A stretch of 63,679 nucleotides of DNA, counting the filler, from an uncultured bacterium (GTDB taxonomy: Bacteria; CAYUVA01), in NCBI GenBank assembly GCA_964448115.1. It is 3 parts of 3 records of this genome, joined end to end, with 100 filler letters (N's around TTAATTAATTAA, not from the genome) between each part and the next. Parts side by side here need not be neighbours in the genome. Positions count along the whole stretch, not along the records: positions 27,167 to 53,189 come from CAYUVA010000054.1; positions 53,290 to 63,679 come from CAYUVA010000066.1; 1 more part is not named here. The stretch is one strand, 5' to 3'. Made by a program: the position numbers and the translations under genes. Below the pieces are notes generated by a model. The model was not told the origin of the DNA. It saw only the letters and a list, made by a program, of their open reading frames with translations, and made no database searches. This document shows, in pieces, positions 51,868 to 60,984 of this stretch (position 1 is its first letter; each line of letters opens with the position of its first letter).

Positions 51868-53187
51868 TTACTCTTCTATCACCCTCAGGTAAGGCCAGCG
51901 GATGCTTCGGTTGCCATCTTTGTCCTCAGCGATAATCTCGAGCAGATATGAACCGCTCAAGCCTGATAGCTCATCAGGCAAAATAAAGAAGCTGATCCCG
52001 TAGATGCCGTCATTTGCAGCAAAGTCCCTGTACTGGCCGTTATCTTTAAGCCTTATGCCAGTCGGATTGCCAGCAAAGTATATCTCCACGCACTGTATAT
52101 TCTCAAGTCCATCAGCATCGGTTATGGCAGCCAGCATGGTAAAATTGCCTCCCGTATCGGTATTAAGCTTTGTGTCAAAGTACCCCGCCGCCAATATCAA
52201 GGGTGCATTCTCAGGATGGCGGGTGCTTCCATCAGCAGCTCTTCGTAGTTGAAGCTCCCAGGGGATAAATTCTGCCATACCCTCCTGTGCCCCTTGCCCT
52301 CCCTTTTCGATGAGAAGATAAGGCCATAGGGGGCTTATGACCTCGTCCTCTAACTCGGATGCTGTCTTGGCAGCCAGCTCGAAAAGATAAAATCCAGGTT
52401 CCACACCCGTAGGCACGATCAGCTCCTGGAGCCAAAAAAGTCCCTCAACACCATGAACCTTGGGGAGCTTCAGTCCAGTGGGGGATCCATTATAATAAAG
52501 CTCCACTTCCTGAATAGGATTGCCCTCAAGGTCGGTTGTCAAAGCGATGATGCTTAGCCTGCCTCCTTGGTCGGTTACCATCGAATCCATATAGCCGGCG
52601 AGCATGATAACGGGCTGGCTGGCAATTGTGGGAGTAGGGGTTACCGTCGGTGTCGAGCTGCCGGTCAGCGTAGCAGTTGGAGTAGCGGTCGCGGTAACCG
52701 TGGGGGTGAAGGTGGGAGTATAACTTGGAGTAGAGGTTGGAGTTGCCGTTGGCGCTATGATGGTGAAGTTATAGAAATCAGGCTCCATATCGTTAGGTGG
52801 ATCAGCCAGGTCCGATGCGAAGATGGCCATGGCAACCACCTGCTCGGGTTTGAAGCAATACCTGGTCTTTATGGAGTACCCGGATTCGATCTGGTAGATG
52901 GCATAAGTAGCCGGTTCACTCTCGATGTACATTTTTATCGATGCAGGATCGACTCCAAGACCATCATCCAAAATATTGACGCTGATGTTGGTATCCGGCT
53001 GAACATCGTTTGCATACCTGGCAGGATAATGGTCGCTCGTATAGGGTGGATCGTAATCAACATTCTCGGTTATGGTGAATGAGTAGCAGTCTGTAGGCAT
53101 TATATTGTCAACCAGGTCTGCAGCATCTATACAGATTCCAACCACTTGCCCAGGTGAAAAATCTACCGCTGGATTGTGATAGACCGA
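51868..53187 (-). CDS. C-terminal part of a large secreted protein: Ig-like repeats, PT linker, two AGY(M/F)D...WPYL modules; 5' end lost at contig edge
   Basis: Frame stays open to the N spacer. 'DYDPPY....P....V..DT.I...I.DDG.GVD' Ig-like repeat; 'LKDNG...DFAANDGIY' resembles a choice-of-anchor X motif. Confidence 0.8.
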   Translation of the reverse strand, partial: SVYHNPAVDFSPGQVVGICIDAADLVDNIMPTDCYSFTITENVDYDPPYTSDHYPARYANDVQPDTNISVNILDDGLGVDPASIKMYIESEPATYAIYQIESGYSIKTRYCFKPEQVVAMAIFASDLADPPNDMEPDFYNFTIIAPTATPTSTPSYTPTFTPTVTATATPTATLTGSSTPTVTPTPTIASQPVIMLAGYMDSMVTDQGGRLSIIALTTDLEGNPIQEVELYYNGSPTGLKLPKVHGVEGLFWLQELIVPTGVEPGFYLFELAAKTASELEDEVISPLWPYLLIEKGGQGAQEGMAEFIPWELQLRRAADGSTRHPENAPLILAAGYFDTKLNTDTGGNFTMLAAITDADGLENIQCVEIYFAGNPTGIRLKDNGQYRDFAANDGIYGISFFILPDELSGLSGSYLLEIIAEDKDGNRSIRWPYLRVIEE

Positions 53188-53189
53188 GT

Positions 53190-53289
53190 NNNNNNNNNNN
53201 NNNNNNNNNNNNNNNNNNNNNNNNNNNNNNNNNTTAATTAATTAANNNNNNNNNNNNNNNNNNNNNNNNNNNNNNNNNNNNNNNNNNNN
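53190..53289. other. Artificial contig-joining spacer
   Basis: N44-TTAATTAATTAA-N44. Confidence 0.97.
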
Positions 53290-53306
53290 GGGAGGAGGGG
53301 GGGAAT

Positions 53307-53433
53307 CCCCCCATGAATGGGGGGAACAAAAGGGAGGGCGACCGTTGCGGTTGCCCTAAAAAGGGCAGGGGCAAGCCCTGCCCCTACAGTGGTTTAATAC
53401 CATTTGATTAACCTCAAGCCTCAAGCCTCAATC
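53307..53433. repeat. REP-like cluster: inverted copy of the C6-ATTCAT-G6 element, GTAG-type REP, TCAAGCC heptamers
   Basis: CCCCCCATGAATGGGGGGAA..AGGGAGGGCGACC at 53307; GGGCAGGGGCAAGCCCTGCCCCTAC 53363-53387; CTCAAGC repeats from about 53413. Confidence 0.75.
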
Positions 53434-53455
53434 CCACAACAAAAGGAGTTCAATT

Positions 53456-56400
53456 ATGCGCAGACTACCTGCACACATAGCAAACGAAGCTAAAAAGGCA
53501 ATCAGCGACCAGTGGCGCCTGGTGCTCCGAGTCATCATAAGCCCAAATCAGTCTGCTTACTTCGGCGCGCCGGGGATGTTCCCGGGGCAAAGAGCAGGGA
53601 TAATCTCTTTTGGCAACCTCGAAGAGCTGGTTAATGTCGGGGTCGAATCATTGGGTGTAACCGCGGTGCTCAAGGCGACCATTGAGCTTAGCTTCTTTTC
53701 AGAGCTTCGCCGTCTTGCGCCGACCTTTGAGCTTGAGAACACGCCGGTGGAGCTTTACCTGTTCAAAGGCGAGGCTGCGCCTTATGGATACGGGCTTGGC
53801 GAGTACGGCTTGACCCCTTATGGCTCGCCGAATCCAGGATATTTTGTGCGCATCTTCAGCGGGGTGATCACCTCGCCGATTACATGGTCGAGCGGAACAA
53901 TTACTATTACCATGAAGGATGCAAGCGTCTTCTTCAAGGAGATGATTCCTCTCAACAGGATGACCGTGCAGGAGTATCCGCATCTGCCCGAAGTCAACCG
54001 CGGCAAGGTGAAGCCGCTGGTCATCGGGGCAGTGAATGGCTACTTTCCACCCCAGATAAAGGGTCCTGGAGAGGGCTATCTAACCGCCGAGGTTACCCCG
54101 CAGGATGATCAGCTTCCAGTAAACGGCGACCATACCCTGTTCGATCCTGGAGCACAGGGGATTAGCTCATCGCTGAAGGTGCAGCTTAGCATTACTGATG
54201 ATACGGCTACTATCGAATATACTTACAATGTCCCTGAAGATGGTTTTCTGCTCGTTGAGCAGGAGGTCATCAAGTATCGTGGCTTTGAGCATTTCGGCGG
54301 TAAGACCCTGCTGTTTAACCTAACCAGGGGCTGTTACACGAGCAGTCCTTCGAGCCATGCTCAGGGCTGCCAGGTAGATTTTATAGGCATCGTGCGCATA
54401 GAGGAGGAGTTGGTCGGTTATGATCGCATCGAAAATAATAGGCTGGTCTGCGATGCGTTGCCTCGCGGCAGCCTGGGCACGGCGGTGGCTGGACATGCCT
54501 TTGGTGTGTCGGTCATCGAGGAGGGGAGAGCGCTCGAATACCTGCTTTGCGACGCTGAGTTCGGCATTATCGAGTCGCTGGAAAATGTATATCTTGGGGA
54601 TAATCATGGGCGGCGCTTTCGGGTGCCTGAAGAGCAGTACGAGCTTTACGATGCCGAGCTTTCCCCATCCAAGGCTAATATCCTGCTATTTCCGCAGCCG
54701 CCGGTGGTTTACAGCCCATATACCACCTCTTTGCAGCTTGCTATGGATATGGCAAAGAACAGCGGATATGAGAAGGCTGCCGATGGGGACCTGGAGAGCT
54801 TCTGCGAGGTCTTCGAGCACCAGAACACCTTCACCTTCTGGTTCAAGGCAAGCAAGCCGTTTAGCAGCGATCCCGGGCGGATAGCATCGGTAAAGATGTG
54901 CATCAAGTACGAGAATCCCTCCGAGAACCCGCTGTTTAGCCCTAAGCTGTTCTACCTGTCGCACGGCGGCGCCGATTACCATTCTCTATCGACCGCGCCC
55001 GGCTTGCACAACCAGAAGATAGACATCACAGGCGATGCTGGAAAGACGCCTTCGAGCTGGGATTGGCATAGGGACTTCGGCTCCGGAAATTCATACATAG
55101 AGGACTCCGTCTTGGGTCCCCTGCCGGTAAACTCGATATGCCTTCTTGCGGATCCCGGTGCTCAACCAAAGAGCATCAACGATGTCTGGTTCTACGATGA
55201 AAACCATGGCTATGCGGTCTGCGACGACGGGATTATCCTTCATTATGACGGTTCTAGCTGGCGGCGAATGGATTCTCCGACCGCTCACAACCTTACCGCC
55301 ATAGATGGTGCAGATCCAGAGCATATCTGGGCGGTCGGCTTCGGGGGTGTGGTATTGTTTTACGATGGAACGCAGTGGGTGCAGCAAGACTCTGGCGTGG
55401 TGGTCAACCTTTATGATGTATTCGCTATCTACAACCAGGCGGGCAATCGCTACGAGGTGCACCTGGTCGGCTCGCCGAGCGGAACACCGCTGAAGCCGAC
55501 GCTTTTGATATCGATCGATGGCGGCGAGAGCTTCAGTGATGCCCCGCGCTTCCCCTCGGTTGATACCAACTATGCGAACACGACATTTTGGGGCATTCAC
55601 GGCGCAACTAGCACCTTTATCGCTGCTGTCGGGGGATGCGGCGCTTACATCAGTTGGACCGGCAACTCGTGGAGCGACAGCCGCGATATATTGCATCAGA
55701 TCTGGGATGCGCGCGGGGGTTACGAGGATCTGTTCGATGTTTTCATACGCTACGAGAGCGCGCTGGAGCCTTACGAGATATTCCTTTGCGGCTCTAATGG
55801 CTTCATTGCCCGGGGGATGCCATCCGGATGGGTCGATCTCGGCGTGGAGCTTGGCTCGATAAACAACAATCTTAAGAAGCTCTATCACCAGGACGGGACC
55901 CACGGCTGGGCGGTCGGCGAGGACGGGGTCATATTGTTTTACAACGGCTCGCGCTATGCAAAACAACAGAATCCGATGGCTGATGGAAGCGATGACCTAA
56001 ACGGCGTATGCGGGGTATATGATTCAATCTTTGGGGCAAAGGTCTGGGCGGTAGGGCAAAATGGGCAGATACTGCATTACGACTCGATAAGCGGAAAGTG
56101 GAGCATCGAGGCTGACGGGCACTCCGGGCGCTTCATGCGCATATATGAGGTCTGGCTGGAGGTAAGCTATCACCCTGCCATCGAGGAACAATTGGATGTA
56201 GTGGTAGATCTCAAGGGAATAAAGGATACCGATGATGGAGAGTTCACCCAGACGCCCGCTGCGCTGATCGAGAACCCCGCTGATGTGGTTCGCTTTGTTT
56301 GCAAAAGGCTGATTGGCTTGAAGGAAGATCAGATAGATGAAGACAGTCTTGGGCTTGCCAGGACGCTATATTCGGGATGGCTCATCGGCGGGGTAATCGA

Positions 56401-57079
56401 TGAGCAGCAAAGCGGCGAGGAGCTGCTGGCATCATTGAGCGCACAGACTGCTTCGATAATATTCCTCGAAGATGGGCGCCTTCGCATGATAGCCCCACAG
56501 GCTTTGGTAGAAAACCCTACGATAGTGATGACCTTCGATGAGAACAACATCCTGGCAGGGAGCCTGCAAGGGGACAGAACCTCGATGGACAGGCTGATAA
56601 ATCACCTGACCATTCTTTATGATCCTCGATATTATGCGCGCAACAACGAGCTTTACTCTGGTGAGCCGGTCCTCTCGGCGAGCAGACCTCTTAGGCTTTT
56701 ATCCACGGTTGAGCTTAGCGGATTTAGGCGCTTCAAGGGGATAGTCAACTCTGATTACGATCCGAAAGCGCTGGAGTCGCAAAGAATATATCGCCGGCGA
56801 AAAAGCCATATACTAAAGGCGAACCTGATAAATCATCCCGGCACCGCCCAGATGCTGCACGATGTAATAATAGGGATGTACAGCCGCATAAACCATCGAA
56901 TCAGCTTCAAGACCAGCCTGGTCGGGCTTAGCTTGCAACGAGGGGATTTCATCAAGGTGCGGCATCGGGACTTGAGGCATCTTACGCCTACCGGGACCGA
57001 TGAGGCAATAGTGGTCATAAGCGGCATCGTTCGCCGAAGCGACCACACAATCGAGATAACCGGGGAGGTGGGGGGATAG
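53456..57079 (+). CDS. Phage tail-tip/baseplate-hub-like protein (lambda J/GTA-type) with inserted beta-propeller
   Basis: AAGGAG RBS. N-terminal 'IFSG.I......T.TIT..D....L...P' and 'G...PLV.G'. C-terminal 'NPAD......ID..S........G.IDEQ......L..L........DG.L', 'F.E.NI', 'N...I.Y', 'LQRGD.I.V'. Middle 'WAVG..G.IL.YDG..W' repeats. Confidence 0.7.
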   Translation: MRRLPAHIANEAKKAISDQWRLVLRVIISPNQSAYFGAPGMFPGQRAGIISFGNLEELVNVGVESLGVTAVLKATIELSFFSELRRLAPTFELENTPVELYLFKGEAAPYGYGLGEYGLTPYGSPNPGYFVRIFSGVITSPITWSSGTITITMKDASVFFKEMIPLNRMTVQEYPHLPEVNRGKVKPLVIGAVNGYFPPQIKGPGEGYLTAEVTPQDDQLPVNGDHTLFDPGAQGISSSLKVQLSITDDTATIEYTYNVPEDGFLLVEQEVIKYRGFEHFGGKTLLFNLTRGCYTSSPSSHAQGCQVDFIGIVRIEEELVGYDRIENNRLVCDALPRGSLGTAVAGHAFGVSVIEEGRALEYLLCDAEFGIIESLENVYLGDNHGRRFRVPEEQYELYDAELSPSKANILLFPQPPVVYSPYTTSLQLAMDMAKNSGYEKAADGDLESFCEVFEHQNTFTFWFKASKPFSSDPGRIASVKMCIKYENPSENPLFSPKLFYLSHGGADYHSLSTAPGLHNQKIDITGDAGKTPSSWDWHRDFGSGNSYIEDSVLGPLPVNSICLLADPGAQPKSINDVWFYDENHGYAVCDDGIILHYDGSSWRRMDSPTAHNLTAIDGADPEHIWAVGFGGVVLFYDGTQWVQQDSGVVVNLYDVFAIYNQAGNRYEVHLVGSPSGTPLKPTLLISIDGGESFSDAPRFPSVDTNYANTTFWGIHGATSTFIAAVGGCGAYISWTGNSWSDSRDILHQIWDARGGYEDLFDVFIRYESALEPYEIFLCGSNGFIARGMPSGWVDLGVELGSINNNLKKLYHQDGTHGWAVGEDGVILFYNGSRYAKQQNPMADGSDDLNGVCGVYDSIFGAKVWAVGQNGQILHYDSISGKWSIEADGHSGRFMRIYEVWLEVSYHPAIEEQLDVVVDLKGIKDTDDGEFTQTPAALIENPADVVRFVCKRLIGLKEDQIDEDSLGLARTLYSGWLIGGVIDEQQSGEELLASLSAQTASIIFLEDGRLRMIAPQALVENPTIVMTFDENNILAGSLQGDRTSMDRLINHLTILYDPRYYARNNELYSGEPVLSASRPLRLLSTVELSGFRRFKGIVNSDYDPKALESQRIYRRRKSHILKANLINHPGTAQMLHDVIIGMYSRINHRISFKTSLVGLSLQRGDFIKVRHRDLRHLTPTGTDEAIVVISGIVRRSDHTIEITGEVGG

Positions 57080-57140
57080 GCTTTGTGGCTTTGTGCGCTC
57101 GAAGGAAGTGATGCCGTGGTACCGTCTTTGTGCCTTGGGG

Positions 57141-57492
57141 GCTTAGTGGTTGCCCTCCTTCCTTTCCCCCCCATTCATGGGGGGAATAAAAAAGGGGGGG
57201 GGAGCTTAGTGGTTGCCCTCCTTCCTTTCCCCCCCATTCATGGGGGGGAATAAAAAGGGGGGGGCTTAGTGGTTGCCCTCCTTCCTTTCCCCCCCATTCA
57301 TGGGGGGAATAAAANNNNNNNNNNNNNNNNNNNNNNNNNNNNNNNNNNNNNNNNNNNNNNNNNNNNNNNNNNNNNNNNNNNNNNNNNNNNNNNNNNNNNN
57401 NNNNNNNNNNNNNNGGAGCTTAGTGGTTGCCCTCCTTCCTTTCCCCCCCATTCATGGGGGGGAATAAAAGGGGGGGGGGGAGCTTAGTGGTT
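57141..57492. repeat. Tandem array of about 60-bp palindromic units spanning a 100-N scaffold gap
   Basis: GCTTAGTGGTTGCCCTCCTTCCTTTC6-7ATTCATG6-7AATAAAAG7-10 at 57141, 57204, 57264 and 57418; no spacers between units. Confidence 0.8.
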
Positions 57493-57499
57493 AAAGGGG

Positions 57500-57528
57500 T
57501 TGAATTATCAAAGGAAATGACTTATCAT
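57500..57528 (+). promoter_or_regulatory. Sigma-70-type promoter for hicBA, probably giving a leaderless transcript
   Basis: TTGAAT-N17-TATCAT, with ATG 57535 seven nt downstream. Confidence 0.5.
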
Positions 57529-57534
57529 AAATAT

Positions 57535-57753
57535 ATGAAACGAAAGTCAGAATTAGTTATCGAAATAACTCAGACCGATGACGGAGGCTTTACCGCCAGA
57601 GGTATCGGTGAGGATATCTTTAGCGAAGGCAATACCCTGGAGGAGATAAGGCGCAACTTACGCGAGGCGGTACTTTGCCACTATGATTCAAAGGATGATA
57701 TTCCATCAACCATTCGTCTTCATTGGGTTAAAGAGGAAATATTATCGTTATGA
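57535..57753 (+). CDS. hicB: Short HicB-like antitoxin
   Basis: 'E......DGGFTA....IF.EG.TLEE...N..EAV..H' pattern; overlaps hicA (ATGA). Confidence 0.8.
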   Translation: MKRKSELVIEITQTDDGGFTARGIGEDIFSEGNTLEEIRRNLREAVLCHYDSKDDIPSTIRLHWVKEEILSL

Positions 57754-57983
57754 AGATCCCTCGCGATCTATCCGCAAAGAAGCTTATTAAAATTTGTAAA
57801 AGGCATGGTTATCATGTAACACGCCAGAGAGGTAGCCACATTAGGTTAACCAACCAAGGACCTCCTGTGCATCACATTACGATTCCGAATCATGATACGA
57901 TAAAACCGGGCACATTACTTAATATTATAAATGCCGTCTGCCGTCATTTAAGTATTGACATTGATCAGTTCTTTTCTAGGTAG
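57750..57983 (+). CDS. hicA: HicA family mRNA interferase toxin
   Basis: 'GY...RQRGSH..L......ITIP.H..IK.GTL..I'. Confidence 0.9.
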   Translation: MKIPRDLSAKKLIKICKRHGYHVTRQRGSHIRLTNQGPPVHHITIPNHDTIKPGTLLNIINAVCRHLSIDIDQFFSR

Positions 57984-58007
57984 GGGCGCTTGGTTCAATA
58001 AAAATTT

Positions 58008-58123
58008 AACCACCAAGGCACCAAGAGGAAGTGATACCGTGGTACCGTCTTTGTGCCTTGGGGGCTTAGTGGTTGCCCTCCTTCCTTTCCCCCCATTCAT
58101 GGGGGGAAATAAAAGGGGGGAGC
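58008..58123. repeat. Imperfect hairpin plus direct-repeat copy of 57103-57205
   Basis: AACCACCAAGGCACCAAG...CTTGGGGGCTTAGTGGTT hairpin; 58026-58123 is nearly identical to 57103-57205. Confidence 0.85.
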
Positions 58124-58187
58124 CTTATTCCTACCATAGTTGACAATTACGCAGTGAAATGATTAACAATGGTCAAGGGATAACAAT

Positions 58188-59039
58188 ATGCCAACAGAAC
58201 AAAAAATTATACTCGGAAGCTGCGAGAGCTTGACTGAGATCGAGGACGAGAGCGTTCATTTGATGCTCACCTCGCCTCCTTATTTCAATGCACCCTTTGA
58301 CTACGAGGATTTCTTCGGTTCTTATGATGATTACCTGTCTTTGCTGTCAAAGATGGCAAATGCGGTCTATCGAGTTCTCGATAGGGGAAGAATAGCGGTG
58401 GTGAATACCGATGATATGTTGGTCAAGGGGGAGAAATTCCCCATCGTTGCAGATACTACCAAGATATTTTTGGAGGCGGGCTTCAAGTACCGAGACCGCA
58501 TTGTCTGGAAGAAGCCAGATGGATACCTGAGAATAAGCCGGAGAAGCGGAGTCATGCTGCAAAATCCATATCCGATGTATTACTATCCAGATAACCTCCT
58601 GGAGAGCATTTTAATATTCCAAAAGGGTAAGTTCGACTATCGAAGCATTTCTACCGAACAAAGGGAGCAATCAAAAATCGACCTGAGCGAGTTTCAGAAC
58701 AATAAATGGTTCTCAACGCTATGGGAGATGACCAATGTGCTTCCGAATTCAAAACTCGAGAAGGACATCGCAGCTTTTCCAATCGAGCTACCATATAGAA
58801 TTATAACACTTTTTTCGTATAAGGGAGAAACCGTCCTTGATCCATTTCTTGGCAGCGGAACTACCATGAAGGTTGCCAGGGCGCTGGGGAGAAACTGCAT
58901 CGGCGTTGAAATAGACAAAGGCTTGTTACCTGTGATCAAGGAGAAAACCGGCTTCGGGAACCAGACCAGTTTAATAGGGCATGAGGATACCTTAACCATC
59001 ATAGAGCGGAAGGAAGTAAAAAGTGGAAATTTTCGCTGA
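58188..59039 (+). CDS. Beta-class DNA methyltransferase (probably m4C)
   Basis: N-terminal TSPPY catalytic motif, C-terminal VLDPFLGSGTT SAM motif. Confidence 0.92.
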   Translation: MPTEQKIILGSCESLTEIEDESVHLMLTSPPYFNAPFDYEDFFGSYDDYLSLLSKMANAVYRVLDRGRIAVVNTDDMLVKGEKFPIVADTTKIFLEAGFKYRDRIVWKKPDGYLRISRRSGVMLQNPYPMYYYPDNLLESILIFQKGKFDYRSISTEQREQSKIDLSEFQNNKWFSTLWEMTNVLPNSKLEKDIAAFPIELPYRIITLFSYKGETVLDPFLGSGTTMKVARALGRNCIGVEIDKGLLPVIKEKTGFGNQTSLIGHEDTLTIIERKEVKSGNFR

Positions 59040-60084
59040 GATAACTGGCATTCGCTATTCTCCGATGCTCTGCTCCGAATTATCCGAGTATGATATCAAG
59101 GAATTGCCAAAACTACTGAAATCAAGAAAAACATCATTTATAATCATGGCTGATAAAAATGCCCAATTCGCAATCTGCAAATGGACTACACCCAAAAGAA
59201 CAAGGACTTATGGGGCTGCCAGAACATACAATATTTTAGGTTTCAATGGAAAGCAGGTGAGCATTATTCCGCTCCTTAAGGATGAAGGGATCGAAGGTGA
59301 TAGAGATTACCTTCAATTCGATACAATTTCGCTGATGAGCCTACTGGGTATCAATGTTATAATCGCTTACTATAATGACGCTAGGGAAAGGCATCCTTAC
59401 CGCAATAAGATCAAATTTCAAAAACTGGATGCAGATTATATTTTACAGCAGCTTGAGGCTTTACATAGTTACCGTTCAGATGCGCTTCACTGGAACATGC
59501 ATCAAATAGATATTCTTCCTGAACTCATCCCCAAGGCTTTGGAGGGACAGGAGATGATCGCACGAAAATTCAGCGTTCCCATGCATTCCTTTGATATTGC
59601 AGAAAGAAAACTTCTTGAAATTTATCAAAACAAGGAAATCTTCATGCAAAGTTCAAGAGATGCTTCTCAAAGAGCGCAACATGCCGAATCTCTTACCACG
59701 CAACCTAAAGAAAGATTATTGACCGACGAAAAATCAACGATAACCATAAAGAACTATCTCGGCGGACTTTATTATTTAACCGTTGATGAAACAATAATCG
59801 AAAATGATCAAATCGCTTTAATCGAATCGAAGAACTCTAAATCATCTCCAATTCCATCATTAGATGATATTAAAGATGGTCTTATAAAGATGATTATCTT
59901 TTCAAACCTATGCAATTTAACCGTTGACGGAAAGAACTATAAACATAAAGCAATTCTTAAACTCACTACAGAAAGTACCTTAACTAAAGAAAAGCTTAAT
60001 CCAAATACCTTGAAGCTTCTAGGACAGTTAAAAACTGAGGCAGAGAAGAACAATTTTTTTATACAATGCCGATATCTTGATTGA
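59023..60084 (+). CDS. Putative restriction endonuclease (PD-(D/E)XK-like)
   Basis: Overlaps the MTase gene, AT-rich, 'TVDE-X9-LIESK' nuclease-like motif. Confidence 0.55.
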   Translation: MEIFAEITGIRYSPMLCSELSEYDIKELPKLLKSRKTSFIIMADKNAQFAICKWTTPKRTRTYGAARTYNILGFNGKQVSIIPLLKDEGIEGDRDYLQFDTISLMSLLGINVIIAYYNDARERHPYRNKIKFQKLDADYILQQLEALHSYRSDALHWNMHQIDILPELIPKALEGQEMIARKFSVPMHSFDIAERKLLEIYQNKEIFMQSSRDASQRAQHAESLTTQPKERLLTDEKSTITIKNYLGGLYYLTVDETIIENDQIALIESKNSKSSPIPSLDDIKDGLIKMIIFSNLCNLTVDGKNYKHKAILKLTTESTLTKEKLNPNTLKLLGQLKTEAEKNNFFIQCRYLD

Positions 60085-60120
60085 AGAAAAGCGTTCATCA
60101 ATAATAAAGAACACAAGAAG

Positions 60121-60984
60121 ATGTATAACCAGATCATCAATGCCGATTGCCTTGAGTGGCTGAGTAATGCGCCTGATGACTTGGGCGTTGATATGACCTT
60201 CTTCGATCCGCCGTTTCTGCAAGGCAAACAGTACAAGTATTTCGATGATTCACAGCCCAAGAAGGATTACTGGTCGTGGATAGAAAATATACTCTCCGAG
60301 ATATTTCGCACAAGCGCAGATGGTGGGACCATTTACTTCATGCAGCGAGAGAAGAACACCGAACAAGTGCTACACAGCCTTCGGGAGAGCGGGTGGACAT
60401 TCCAGAACCTGATAATATGGAAGAAGAAGACCTCCGCAGTTCCTGTGAAATGCAGGTATTCCAAGCAATACCAGATCATAGCCTTCGCCGCCAAGGGCGA
60501 TAAGCCTCGTGTCTTTAACAAGCTGCGCATCGATCCGCCCCCTGAACCAAACCATAGACAAAAGCGCGAGCAAGGCGTTTATTTAACCGATGTCTGGGAC
60601 GATATAAGGGAGTTGACCTCTGGCTATTATGCCGGCGACGAGGCTTACCGGGACGGAGATGGTTCCAGGCTGCACACCCAGCAGTCGCCGGTAGCGCTTT
60701 TGCTGAGAATAATTTTATCTTCGACAATGCCGGGCGACCTGGTGCTCGATCCCTTTGCTGGCACGGGGACTACGGCGGTGGTTGCCAGGCAGCTAAAGCG
60801 CGATTATTTATGCTTGGAGATAGACCCCGATTACACTGAGCTGATCAAAGAGAGAATGGGCACTTTACGCAATGCCGATAATATTGTCAAACACTATGGA
60901 TATTATAGATTTACACCTAATCTCAAGGATATCTGGGGCATGGAAAAGACGCCGATTACTTTTGAACAGATGAGGATAACTTAG
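60121..60984 (+). CDS. Beta-class DNA methyltransferase (probably m6A)
   Basis: DPPF motif IV, H..Q.P..LL.RII, VLDPFAGTGTT motif I. Confidence 0.92.
   Translation: MYNQIINADCLEWLSNAPDDLGVDMTFFDPPFLQGKQYKYFDDSQPKKDYWSWIENILSEIFRTSADGGTIYFMQREKNTEQVLHSLRESGWTFQNLIIWKKKTSAVPVKCRYSKQYQIIAFAAKGDKPRVFNKLRIDPPPEPNHRQKREQGVYLTDVWDDIRELTSGYYAGDEAYRDGDGSRLHTQQSPVALLLRIILSSTMPGDLVLDPFAGTGTTAVVARQLKRDYLCLEIDPDYTELIKERMGTLRNADNIVKHYGYYRFTPNLKDIWGMEKTPITFEQMRIT

Noticed and set aside
55091-55966. 291-aa minus-strand ORF
   Set aside because: It is the antisense shadow within the tail-like gene and has no recognisable motifs
57141-57492. CRISPR array
   Set aside because: Units are contiguous with no unique spacers, and no cas genes are present
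57266-57534. ORFs MGGKGRRATTK / MPSFLSPPFMGG and the long N-terminal extension of hicB
   Set aside because: They arise from the tandem repeat and N gap; HicB similarity starts near 57535
58000-58080. Canonical integron attC site
   Set aside because: The left end fits RYYYAAC, but the right end GTTGCCC does not fit GTTRRRY, and no intI is present; kept only as a REP-like hairpin
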